A stretch of DNA of 64,000 bases from positions 145,998-209,997 of the forward strand of contig JBFXJJ010000003.1 of assembly GCA_050175015.1 (NCBI GenBank). Direction: 5' to 3'. Of this stretch, positions 20,543-29,991 are shown piece by piece. The notes under the pieces are model-generated. The model did no database searches, was not told where the DNA came from, and saw only the letters and a list, made by a program, of their open reading frames with translations. This stretch comes from Alphaproteobacteria bacterium (lineage in GTDB: Bacteria; Pseudomonadota; Alphaproteobacteria; JBFXJJ01). Both the position numbers and the translations under genes were made by a program. How positions within the stretch are numbered: the stretch's first letter is position 1; each line of letters opens with the position of its first letter.

Positions 20543-21883
20543 TTAAGCTCGTGGTTTTTGGAAGTTTCCATATCCACGTGCTACACAAATTCCGTCTTTG
20601 TGATCGTAAACTTTGCTACCTCTTACAAACGTCTGATATATTTTACCTTTAAAAATCATATTTTCAAATGGGGTAACTTTGCCCTTAGATAAAAAATCAT
20701 CGCCTTTAATAAGCCATTCATCAGCAGCATTAATTAAAACTATATCGGCATCTTTGCCAACTTTAATGGAACCCTTGCGGTCATCTAGTTTAAATTTTTT
20801 AGCAGTATTAAGAGAAGTTATTTCTGATAATTTCTTTAATGAAATTTTGCCTTTTAAATATCCTTCAGAAAACATATAAGGAAACAGGGTTCCAACTCCA
20901 GGAATCCCGCCATAAGCCTGCCAGATAGAACATTGTTTGCGTTCTTTAGGGCAGGGTGCGTGATCTGAGGTGATAAAAGATATTTTACCATTTTGAACAA
21001 GCTGCCACAATTCTTCTTTGTTATGATTTGGTTTTATGGGAGGACATATTTTAAGCGGCGCTCCAATTTTTTCAAAATCATCTAAGGTGAAAGCAAGATA
21101 ATGAGGACAGGTTTCGCCTGACAAATAAGGTTCATCAAGAAAAGACGCAGCTTTTGCTGTTCCAATATGAACAATGTGTAAGTCTGTTTGATATTTTTTT
21201 GCCAGAGATACAACTTTTTTTACAGCGGTAATTTCAGCTTCCTCAGGACGTGATTGAGAAAATTCCTTAGGTGAGTTGGATTCCTTGTTAACCTTTGCTT
21301 GATTGCAAACATCTTCATCTTCAGCGTGAACCATAACAATGCGGTCAAGTTCCTTAGCTGTTTTCAAAACCTCGTCAAGTTCGTCATACGAAACTTTAGG
21401 AAAAGTTTCCATACCAGAAAGCGTATAGGTTTTATATGCTGCCACATAAGGTGCAATTTCTTTCATATTTAAAGGAAAACCTTCAGTCATAGAAAGATGA
21501 CTTACTCCGCCGTGAAAAGCAAAGTCGATTATGGCTTTAGGTGAAACAATGCTTAATTTGTTTTCTAAATTGTTAAGACTAGTTACAGGAGGCAGAGAAG
21601 TGCAGGGCATATCAATGATAGTTGTTACTCCTCCAGAAGCTGCGGCACTTGTTCCTTGGAAAAAATCCTCTTGGGTTTCAAAACCTGGATCATTAAAATG
21701 AACGTGAGAATCTATTGCTCCAGGAAGAGCAAGCAAGCCTTTAGCCTCAACCGTATTTTTAGCATCAGGTAAGTCAGAGCCAATAGCGGCAATTTTGCCA
21801 TCTTTAACCAAAATATCGGCTAAAATGGTTTCTTCATTGCCCTCTATTAAGACTTCGGCTCCGCTAATTTTTAAATCATACAT
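20543..21883 (-). CDS. Cyclic amidohydrolase (allantoinase/hydantoinase/dihydropyrimidinase family)
   Basis: DSHVHFNDPGFE...GTSAAASGGVTTIIDMP metal-binding signature of the DHOase/allantoinase superfamily. 446 aa. Confidence 0.7.
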   Translation of the reverse strand: MYDLKISGAEVLIEGNEETILADILVKDGKIAAIGSDLPDAKNTVEAKGLLALPGAIDSHVHFNDPGFETQEDFFQGTSAAASGGVTTIIDMPCTSLPPVTSLNNLENKLSIVSPKAIIDFAFHGGVSHLSMTEGFPLNMKEIAPYVAAYKTYTLSGMETFPKVSYDELDEVLKTAKELDRIVMVHAEDEDVCNQAKVNKESNSPKEFSQSRPEEAEITAVKKVVSLAKKYQTDLHIVHIGTAKAASFLDEPYLSGETCPHYLAFTLDDFEKIGAPLKICPPIKPNHNKEELWQLVQNGKISFITSDHAPCPKERKQCSIWQAYGGIPGVGTLFPYMFSEGYLKGKISLKKLSEITSLNTAKKFKLDDRKGSIKVGKDADIVLINAADEWLIKGDDFLSKGKVTPFENMIFKGKIYQTFVRGSKVYDHKDGICVARGYGNFQKPRA

Positions 21884-21892
21884 TTTTACCCT

Positions 21893-24460
21893 CTATTTTT
21901 TAATATAACCCATAGGAAGATTAAAACGCTGTTTGCCGTCAAAGACTCTGAAAGCGCCTGCAACCGCAGAAGCCGTTGGCACTAAGCCGATTTCGCCTAA
22001 ACCTTTAGCACCGTAGGGACCATATTGATCAATCTCTTCAATCGGAATTACTTTCACTTCGGGTGTTTCTTTTACTCTTAAGATACCAATTTTTCCAAAT
22101 TTAGTGTGTACGGGATAACCATCTTTCCATTCACAGTCTTCGGTCAAAGCATATCCTAAACCCATATGGACAGCACCTTCTACTTGCCCTTCATAAAGGG
22201 TTTTGTTGATGATTCTTCCAGAATCGTGAGCGGCGATAACTTTTTTGATTCTACCTTCATCATCTAAGATAACGCATTGTGTCGCATAGCTGTAAGAATA
22301 ATGGGCAAAAGGTTTTTCAGGAAGTGTTCCTTTAAATGAATTATTCGTAAAATCACAAATCCAGTGTCCTTGATATTCCTTGCCAACAAGATTTTTTAAA
22401 CCATATTTATTAAGGTCTTGATTGAACTTCTGACAGGCATCAAGCATAGCATTTCCTAAAAGGGAGGTTCCTCTTGATGAGGTTGTCATACCGGTTGAGG
22501 CTTCAGAGCAGGTTTCATTTTTAACCGTTACAATTTCAGGGCTAAGTCCTGTTTCTTCACAAAATACTTGTAGAGCGACGGTGTGTACGCCCTGTCCCAT
22601 TTCGGTCCAGCCGTGATAAAGTTCAATTTTATCTTCAGCTTTGACAATTATTTTTACCAAGCTTTCATCAATACCGCCGTTGCCGACGCCAGTATTTTTC
22701 ACTCCGCAGGCAATGCCTGCAAATTTTGCGTTTTTGAAGTCATCTTTAACCGCAAGAAGCGTTTTCTTAAGTCCAACGCCTTGTTCTAAAATTTGTCCTG
22801 ATGTGATCATTGAACCAACATCAAGCGCATTATCATAACGGAACTGCCATCTGTCGAAGCCTCCTTGATGACATAAGTCATCAACGCAGGATTCCATAGC
22901 AAAGTTGGATTGGTTAACGCCAAATCCACGCATAGCTCCGCAAGGGACATTGTTAGTATAGATAGCCTTGGCTTCAATATCGAGATTAGGAACTTCGTAA
23001 GCTCCAGAAGAATGTCCTGCCGCACGTTCCATAACTTTCATACCAACAGAGGCATAAGCTCCAGTGTCGCCCAAAATATTGGCTTTTAATGCGGTGAGTT
23101 TGCCATTCTTGTCGCAAGCTAAGGTATATTCCAGTTTCATAGGGTGGCGTTTGGGGTGCATAAGCATTGATTCTTCTCGTGACAGCCTAACCCTTACAGG
23201 GCATTGGCAGAGCATCGAGTATACTGCTGCGTGTCCTTGAACGGTTAAATCTTCTTTACCGCCAAAAGCACCGCCATTTTGAACTTGAATAACATTAATG
23301 TTATTTTCTTCAAGACCTGTTATTAAGGAAATCTGTTTGCGGTCGACATAGACCCCTTGTCCTTGAGAATAAACCGTCAGTTTGCCTTCATCTGTAGGCA
23401 GAGCAACCGCACATTCGGTTTCTAGAAAAGCGTGTTCAATACGTTGGGTTGTCCAAACACCTTTTGTAACATATGCCGCATTTTTTATGGCATTTTCAGG
23501 ATCGCCGATCTTAAGCGAGCTTACAGATAGGACATTGTTTTCATCCCCGTCGTGAACTATTGGAGCATTGGGTAAAATGGCATCTTCCATAGAGCAAACA
23601 GGTGTTAAAACTTCATAGTCAACTTTTATCAATGAAGCTGCAAAACGAGCGGTTTCTTCACTGTCGGCAACCACTCCTGCAATCACATCTCCAATATAAT
23701 TGGTAACATCGCCCTCTTTTATCATAAATGGCCAGTCTAGCCTTACTAATCCAACTTTATTTTTAGTTGGCAGATCTTTTGCGGTTATAATCCTTACAAC
23801 GCCCTTAACTTTAAGAGCTTCCGAGGCATCAATGTTTAAAACCCTAGCTTTGGGATATTCTGAAAATTTAAGCGCTCCGAATTTCATACTCTCAAAAGTC
23901 ATATCAAAAACATAAGGACGCTTTCCTATAACCGCCATTGCGGTTTCATATTTTGAGGTTCGGCTTCCTATTTTGCCATCTTCTTTAGGAATAGGAGGAG
24001 CTTCTCCTCTTAGAATTTCTGCTGTAAAAAGAACGGCATCAATAATTTTTTTATAGCCCGTACAGCGGCAGATATTGCGGTTAATCGCAGCTTTTATATC
24101 ATCAATACTGGGATTAATATTATCTTTTAGAAGGCAGTATGCACTCATAACAATTCCAGGGGTGCAAAAGCCACATTGAATTCCGCCTTTTTCAACAAAA
24201 GCCCTAATAAAAGCCTGTTTAAAATCTTCAGGAAGCCCTTCCGCTGTTATAACTTCTTTCCCTGCAATTTTGCTTAAAGGCGTAACACAGGAAAGAGTTG
24301 CTTTGCCATCGACACACACCGTGCAGGCTCCGCAACTTCCCTGAGAACAGCCATCTTTAGGGGTGGTATCACCCCTAAAAAGACGTAAGTAGTTTAACAA
24401 AGAAATTTTGCTATCGCCTGAAAATTTTATTTTTTCTCCATTTACAATAAATTCCAGCAT
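21893..24460 (-). CDS. Second molybdenum hydroxylase with N-terminal 2Fe-2S ferredoxin domain fused to MoCo subunit (E. coli XdhD-like)
   Basis: N-terminal CSQGSCGACTV and CGFCTPG/CRCTGY motifs. The remainder is homologous to Mo-binding large subunits (GGAFGGKE). No FAD domain. 855 aa. Confidence 0.75.
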   Translation of the reverse strand: MLEFIVNGEKIKFSGDSKISLLNYLRLFRGDTTPKDGCSQGSCGACTVCVDGKATLSCVTPLSKIAGKEVITAEGLPEDFKQAFIRAFVEKGGIQCGFCTPGIVMSAYCLLKDNINPSIDDIKAAINRNICRCTGYKKIIDAVLFTAEILRGEAPPIPKEDGKIGSRTSKYETAMAVIGKRPYVFDMTFESMKFGALKFSEYPKARVLNIDASEALKVKGVVRIITAKDLPTKNKVGLVRLDWPFMIKEGDVTNYIGDVIAGVVADSEETARFAASLIKVDYEVLTPVCSMEDAILPNAPIVHDGDENNVLSVSSLKIGDPENAIKNAAYVTKGVWTTQRIEHAFLETECAVALPTDEGKLTVYSQGQGVYVDRKQISLITGLEENNINVIQVQNGGAFGGKEDLTVQGHAAVYSMLCQCPVRVRLSREESMLMHPKRHPMKLEYTLACDKNGKLTALKANILGDTGAYASVGMKVMERAAGHSSGAYEVPNLDIEAKAIYTNNVPCGAMRGFGVNQSNFAMESCVDDLCHQGGFDRWQFRYDNALDVGSMITSGQILEQGVGLKKTLLAVKDDFKNAKFAGIACGVKNTGVGNGGIDESLVKIIVKAEDKIELYHGWTEMGQGVHTVALQVFCEETGLSPEIVTVKNETCSEASTGMTTSSRGTSLLGNAMLDACQKFNQDLNKYGLKNLVGKEYQGHWICDFTNNSFKGTLPEKPFAHYSYSYATQCVILDDEGRIKKVIAAHDSGRIINKTLYEGQVEGAVHMGLGYALTEDCEWKDGYPVHTKFGKIGILRVKETPEVKVIPIEEIDQYGPYGAKGLGEIGLVPTASAVAGAFRVFDGKQRFNLPMGYIKK

Positions 24461-27055
24461 TTACCTGTCCTTCATACTAAGAGCGCCAGTAAAGCACATC
24501 TTCGTACAATAGGTACAGCCAACGCATTTATTAGGATCAAATACAGGTTTGCGGTTAGCATCAAGTGTTACTGCTTGATAACCACAGTTAGTACAATTTC
24601 CGCAAGATAAGCAAAGATCTTGGTTGCAAGTTGGAATTTGCTTGGTTGCAGGAAGATCCATAAAGTCAGTAATAGGGTTAGGCAAAGCACAGCCGATAAG
24701 TTCATTAACAGATTTAATTCTTTTAGCTTCTAATAAGTGAGAAAGTCCAGAATTAAGTTCTTTTATAATATGAACGCCGTGTTTCATTGCAATGGAGCAG
24801 AATTGAACATTTCTAACGCCAAGGGCAAGGAAGTTTGCTGCGGCTCTGTAATCCATTGGACCGCCGTTGCCTGAAATGAAGACGCCGAGAGGTGCGGCAT
24901 TAGCTAATGTTAAATAGCTGATAGGGAGCACGCCCTCGCCAGCCATACCAGCAACAACACCTTCGTCCCATTTACTATTGCCATCTTTTCTTGGTCTAAA
25001 GCCAAGAGTAGGGAAAGAGTTAGCAAGAGTTATTCCTACTTTCGATTTAGGATAATTTGCCATTGCGCCTTTAACCGCATTAATAATAGGAACGATGGAG
25101 GTAACCGCTGCGGTTAATTTGAAAATTTTAGGAATGTCAGGATTGCCTGCTTCTAAGACATATTCAATAATTTGTTGAGTTAGAGCCGCATTCTGGGAAA
25201 CAATATCCCCTTCGGTGCCATCACCGCCTTGAGGGCAGGAAAGGCTGTATTCAACCCCGATAACGCCTGCATCTTCAAGTTTTTTAGTGTTCGACTGCCA
25301 GCCTTTGCGGTCTGATTCTTCGTGTCCCGTAACAGGACCGCCGGTTGATGCCATTGTTAATCTGTCAGGATATTTTTTCCTTAGCTCTTCAACTTCACGG
25401 CAAACTCTTTCTAAGGCGTGATCAGAAACGTTATCGCAGTTAGCAAAAGTTGATTTAGTATAAGCAAACATATATCCAGCAGGAACGTGAATTGGAATAC
25501 CATCAAATGATGTTTTAAGAACACCGCCTGTCCAGCCATTTTGATATGCAAGCTTCATCTGATCGATACCGTCGGTGTGAGGCGCTGCTGACAAAATGAA
25601 AGGAGATGACATTTTAAAGCCGAAGAAATCACAAGTTAAATCAACAGGATTGGTATTAATACCTTCAACAGAGGTACGGCTTTTAGCTCTTTGTTTAACT
25701 AAAACCGAGGTTTTTTTCAAACTTTCATCGGTTTTTGTGCCATTTAAAAGAGCGTCAATATCGAGAGCTGCATTCTTACCAGAAGCAACAGCTTCAACAG
25801 CGGTTGAACCACCGTGAACACAATCGCCAGCATAAAATATTTTAGGATTTTTATCACTTTGGGTTTTATGACTGCCGCCAAGATATGATGCCTTGCCGCC
25901 AATAGCTAAAATAACTAGGTCAAAATCAGGACGTTTTACAGATGTTCCTGCAATATCAACTAACTTGCCTTCGTTGTTGTTAGTCGTTTTACAGGTTGTA
26001 AGCGTCTTTTTGCCATTTTCTTCAGTTATTTTTTCAACTCTGGTTCTGGTTGTAATATCAATTTTAGCGTCAAGTAAAAGCTGTCTTTCGTGTGATGTTA
26101 AACGCATATCTGCAACCGTTCTTCTAACAAACATTTCAACTTGAGAAGAACCAAGTCTTTTAGCTTCAGTTGCACAGTCTACAGCCACGGCTCCGCCGCC
26201 AATAATAGCAACGTTACCTTTGGTTTTATATTTTGCGGTATCTTTCAAATATTCCGTGAAAGGAAGCGCATTTTCAAGTTCGCCGTCAACTCCTAAGACA
26301 GAAAAATCAGGTTCGCCAACCGCAATCAAAACAGCATCAAAACCTTCCTTTAATAAACTTTCAGCATCTTCAACTTTAGTGTTTGATTTTAAAGTAATAT
26401 GGCTGGCTTCAAGCGTGAACTCATAATCTGCTTTGATGGCATCATCAGGCAGACGGCAATCTGGAATAAGAGAAGCGGCACCGCCTAAAACGTTTCTTTC
26501 ATCAAAAAGGGTGATTTCATAGCCTTTTCTTCCTAGGAAAGCAGCAGCTCCAATGCCCGCAGGTCCAGCGCCGATAACTGCTACTTTTCTGCCGTTTTTC
26601 GCTGGTTTTGCAGGAGCTTTAAGAACGCCTAAGTCTCGAGCTTTTTTGATGACGGTTGCTTGAATAGCAGGAATATTAATAGCTTTATCAAAGTTTTTCT
26701 TAGAGCAAGCACCCATACAAAGATTATCAGGGCAGATAATGCCGCAAACGTGTCCCAAAGGGTTTGCTGCTAAAATTTCTTTAGCCGCTCTGGCTATATC
26801 TTGTGGGGCTCCTTGTTTTGCTGCCATAATAAAGTCAGCAGGAGAACAGTGAACAGGGCAGCCTTCAAGACAAGGCTTATCTGCGCAGTATAAACATCTA
26901 TCAATTTCAGCTTGCAGCTGAGCATCAGTTAAATAAAGATTATTAGTCAAAATTTGCTCCTTAAAAATTATTAAGATTTTTTTATTAGAAACGATTCCAA
27001 AGATTCTTTGCAGCTTCCATAGATTTTGCCGCAGCTTCTTTTTCATCAACATCAA
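24461..27055 (-). CDS. Dihydropyrimidine-dehydrogenase-like flavo-iron-sulfur oxidoreductase (YgfK/PreT-PreA fusion type)
   Basis: N-terminal Cys cluster (CLYCADKPCLEGCPVHC). Two dinucleotide folds (VAVIGAGPAGIGAA and VAIIGGGAVAVDCA). DHODH-like barrel. C-terminal 2x[4Fe-4S] ferredoxin (CLSCGNCTNC...CVGCTYCTKMC). 864 aa. Confidence 0.7.
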   Translation of the reverse strand: MMLMKKKLRQNLWKLQRIFGIVSNKKILIIFKEQILTNNLYLTDAQLQAEIDRCLYCADKPCLEGCPVHCSPADFIMAAKQGAPQDIARAAKEILAANPLGHVCGIICPDNLCMGACSKKNFDKAINIPAIQATVIKKARDLGVLKAPAKPAKNGRKVAVIGAGPAGIGAAAFLGRKGYEITLFDERNVLGGAASLIPDCRLPDDAIKADYEFTLEASHITLKSNTKVEDAESLLKEGFDAVLIAVGEPDFSVLGVDGELENALPFTEYLKDTAKYKTKGNVAIIGGGAVAVDCATEAKRLGSSQVEMFVRRTVADMRLTSHERQLLLDAKIDITTRTRVEKITEENGKKTLTTCKTTNNNEGKLVDIAGTSVKRPDFDLVILAIGGKASYLGGSHKTQSDKNPKIFYAGDCVHGGSTAVEAVASGKNAALDIDALLNGTKTDESLKKTSVLVKQRAKSRTSVEGINTNPVDLTCDFFGFKMSSPFILSAAPHTDGIDQMKLAYQNGWTGGVLKTSFDGIPIHVPAGYMFAYTKSTFANCDNVSDHALERVCREVEELRKKYPDRLTMASTGGPVTGHEESDRKGWQSNTKKLEDAGVIGVEYSLSCPQGGDGTEGDIVSQNAALTQQIIEYVLEAGNPDIPKIFKLTAAVTSIVPIINAVKGAMANYPKSKVGITLANSFPTLGFRPRKDGNSKWDEGVVAGMAGEGVLPISYLTLANAAPLGVFISGNGGPMDYRAAANFLALGVRNVQFCSIAMKHGVHIIKELNSGLSHLLEAKRIKSVNELIGCALPNPITDFMDLPATKQIPTCNQDLCLSCGNCTNCGYQAVTLDANRKPVFDPNKCVGCTYCTKMCFTGALSMKDR

Positions 27056-28316
27056 TCGTTAGATGTTTGTTTTCCATTAGGACTTTTCCAGCACAAATTG
27101 TGGTATCAACCTGAGCAGAATTAAAGCCAAAAACTAAATGTCCTAAGACATTGCTGGCATCAAGAGGGGTAGGTGGGTATTGATCCAGCATTACAATATC
27201 AGCGGCTCCGCCTTCTTTAAGTTCACCTAAACCGATGTTGTTCCAGATACGGTTAGCAATTTTAGGATTGTTAAACCATAAGGCAGATGCTCCTTCAACA
27301 AAGCCCGCGGAAGGATTTCTTTGGTTGTATTTTTGCGCCCAGATGGCACAGCGAACTTCTTCACGCATATCAACTGTCATTGCATCTGTTCCGAGACCAA
27401 CGAGAATGCCTTTTTCAAACATTTTAACCGTGTTGGCAATTCCAACAGCATTATTCAAATTAGACTGAGGATTGTGAACAACCATAGTATTCGTTTTTGC
27501 TAAAAGATCTAATTCATTGTCATTGGTATGAACGCAGTGAACACATATGGTGTCTTTGCCTAGAACGCCCATTTTGTTGAAGCGTTCAACAACTCTTAAA
27601 CCGTGTTCTTTGACGCAGGCATCTTCATCACTTTCAGCTTCTGCCGTGTGAACGTGAAAACCTGTTTTTAGATCTTTAGCGAAAGAAACGCATTTTTCTA
27701 AAGTTTTATCACTTACGGTAAAAGAGGCGTGAAGTCCGAATAACGCCGTTAGCTGCTCATCATTTTCTTTCTGGCAGCGTTTAATAAAGTTGACGTTTTC
27801 CTCAATACCTTCTTCGGCAATTTTTTCACCGTCTCTATCGGAAACTTCATAGCATAAACAAGAGCGCAAACCAGTTTCTTTAACAGCTTCGGCAATGGTA
27901 TCAAGAGAACCTGTAATTGCAAAAGGACTGGCGTGATGATCGATTAAAGTTGTGGTTCCGCTTTTTATAGCGGCGATAAGGGGGAATAAGGCACTATAGT
28001 AGGTGTCTTCTAGTGAAAGTTTGGTATCTAAACGCCACCAAAGGTTTTTAAGCACTCCTCCAAAATCATAAGCTGGTTCAGCTTTGCCAAGACCTCTTAC
28101 TAAGGTGCTGTAAAAATGCATATGAGCATTAATGATTCCTGGGATAACGATTCTGCCGTCGGCGTTTATTTCTTTATCAAAAGAGCCTTTGATTTCATCA
28201 TCTTTGGCGATTTTAACAATCTTATTATTTTCAACCAAGATAGAATGATTAGGCAAAACGCGACCGTTTTCACCACCTGTAATAACAAGTGCATTGCGAA
28301 CGATTAAATTGGACAT
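26985..28316 (-). CDS. SsnA-like amidohydrolase (guanine/cytosine deaminase-chlorohydrolase family)
   Basis: HxH metal motif (INAHMHF) and TIM-barrel amidohydrolase layout. Probable start MSNLIVRNALVI at 28316 with a GGAG RBS. Confidence 0.65.
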   Translation of the reverse strand: MSNLIVRNALVITGGENGRVLPNHSILVENNKIVKIAKDDEIKGSFDKEINADGRIVIPGIINAHMHFYSTLVRGLGKAEPAYDFGGVLKNLWWRLDTKLSLEDTYYSALFPLIAAIKSGTTTLIDHHASPFAITGSLDTIAEAVKETGLRSCLCYEVSDRDGEKIAEEGIEENVNFIKRCQKENDEQLTALFGLHASFTVSDKTLEKCVSFAKDLKTGFHVHTAEAESDEDACVKEHGLRVVERFNKMGVLGKDTICVHCVHTNDNELDLLAKTNTMVVHNPQSNLNNAVGIANTVKMFEKGILVGLGTDAMTVDMREEVRCAIWAQKYNQRNPSAGFVEGASALWFNNPKIANRIWNNIGLGELKEGGAADIVMLDQYPPTPLDASNVLGHLVFGFNSAQVDTTICAGKVLMENKHLTIDVDEKEAAAKSMEAAKNLWNRF

Positions 28317-28387
28317 ATTTTTCTCCAGATAAAAATATTTTGAACTAAATATTTTATTTGGTTTATCCAAAATTTACAACGATTTTC

Positions 28388-29749
28388 TCAATTTTGTTTA
28401 TTCTCGTCATCATCTTCCTGTGAAGGTGCTGCTACTTCCTTCAATCTTTCTTTTTCATCAGCAGGAAGAAACTTATCCGCTAAAGCCCAATACAAAGATT
28501 GTTCACAAAAAGTCTTTGAAACCGCATAAGAAATCATAGATACGGCGAGTAGAGAGATGGTTGTTTTTTGGTCGCTGGTCATTTCCATAACAATAACAGC
28601 TGCAGTTATTGGAGAGTGGACAACGCTAGAGAAATAGCCTGCCATACACATAATGATTATAACAGATTTTGTCATATCTGGAAAAAAGTCAGCGATATTA
28701 GCGCCAATGCCTGCTCCAATAGATAGTGATGGCGCAAAAATGCCGCCAGGAATACCACTTATATATGAAAGAATGGTTGCAAGAAATTTATAAAAACCAA
28801 ACCATAAGGTTTCAATATCTTGCCCTTGAATTAACTTACAAGCTTGTTCATATCCTGTGCCAAAAGTAAGATTACCAGAAAGTCTTCCTATGATTGCAAT
28901 TAAAAGACCGCAGATCGCTGCAAAAATTACAGGACGGGCTTTTGTGAAAGCACTTAGCTTTTTGCCAAGAACTTTATCGGTATGGATAATGGTATAATTA
29001 AAGATTGTGCCGATAAGACCGCAGACTATACCGCATAAAATTACTAGATAGACCCAGTTTTCGTGAGAATCTATTAAAAGATTACTGCGTCCGAAATAGG
29101 TATAGTTGCCAGTAATAGACATAGAAACAATACCAGCAATAACAACGGTTGTTAAAACGATACCGCTGGTTTTGGTTTCAAAGGAACGGCTTAATTCTTC
29201 AATGGCAAAAACAATTCCTGCTAATGGAGTATTAAATGCTGCTGCAACTCCTGCGGCACCTCCTGCCAGAATTAATGATTTTCTAGTCTTGTAACTAGAA
29301 ATATGAAGGAAGCGTCCTAAAAAAGACATAATTGACGCTCCAATCTGAACCGTAGGACCTTCTCTGCCAATTGAAGCTCCGCCACAAAGACCAAGCATTG
29401 TTATAAAAATTTTACCGCAGGCTATTTTCATAGATAAGAGTTTAAAGCATTCGGCTTTTTTGCGAATGTGCATTGCTGCGATAGTCTGTGGAATGCCGCT
29501 GCCTTCAGATCCTTGGAAAAAAGACTTAGTTAAATAAACACCAAAAGCCATAAAAGATGGTGTTATGATTAAGGCAAGCCAATTATTTTTTTCCAGCATT
29601 TTAAAGAAAAGAGTGTCGGCAAAAAAACTGCCTTTGGCAAAAAAAACGGCAACAATCCCGACTGCCATAGCGCCAAGCCAATACACAAGGCGATATAACC
29701 ATATATTGGGTGATACCCACCACCGGTGATTATGCCTGAAAATTATCAT
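28388..29749 (-). CDS. ClC family voltage-gated chloride channel/H+-Cl- antiporter
   Basis: GSGIPQ, GREGP and GxFxP selectivity-filter motifs. About 10-12 TM helices. Confidence 0.8.
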   Translation of the reverse strand: MIIFRHNHRWWVSPNIWLYRLVYWLGAMAVGIVAVFFAKGSFFADTLFFKMLEKNNWLALIITPSFMAFGVYLTKSFFQGSEGSGIPQTIAAMHIRKKAECFKLLSMKIACGKIFITMLGLCGGASIGREGPTVQIGASIMSFLGRFLHISSYKTRKSLILAGGAAGVAAAFNTPLAGIVFAIEELSRSFETKTSGIVLTTVVIAGIVSMSITGNYTYFGRSNLLIDSHENWVYLVILCGIVCGLIGTIFNYTIIHTDKVLGKKLSAFTKARPVIFAAICGLLIAIIGRLSGNLTFGTGYEQACKLIQGQDIETLWFGFYKFLATILSYISGIPGGIFAPSLSIGAGIGANIADFFPDMTKSVIIIMCMAGYFSSVVHSPITAAVIVMEMTSDQKTTISLLAVSMISYAVSKTFCEQSLYWALADKFLPADEKERLKEVAAPSQEDDDENKQN

Positions 29750-29991
29750 TTTGAAATGTTTGTTTTCTTTGTTATTTTTTAGTCTTACACAACTAAAGAC
29801 AAGGTATATTACTTAAAATAATCAATGTCAACCAAGCTTTGAGAGTTTTTTTAAATGTTTTCGTATTAAAATTTTTTAAGAGATACAGCAAAGTTTTAGG
29901 ATAAAATTGTTATAGATTTTAAGGCGCGGTATTTTTTAGATTGAATAGTAATTTTTTTGTTTTTGTTAGAAGCAAATAACTTGGCAAATTA

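Noticed and set aside
20543-21883. Calling the cyclic amidohydrolase specifically allantoinase (allB)
   Set aside because: The DxHVHxxxPG...GGxTTxxDMP motif is shared by allantoinase, dihydroorotase, hydantoinase and dihydropyrimidinase. The adjacent DPD-like gene makes a dihydropyrimidinase/hydantoinase role equally plausible, so the family-level call is kept.
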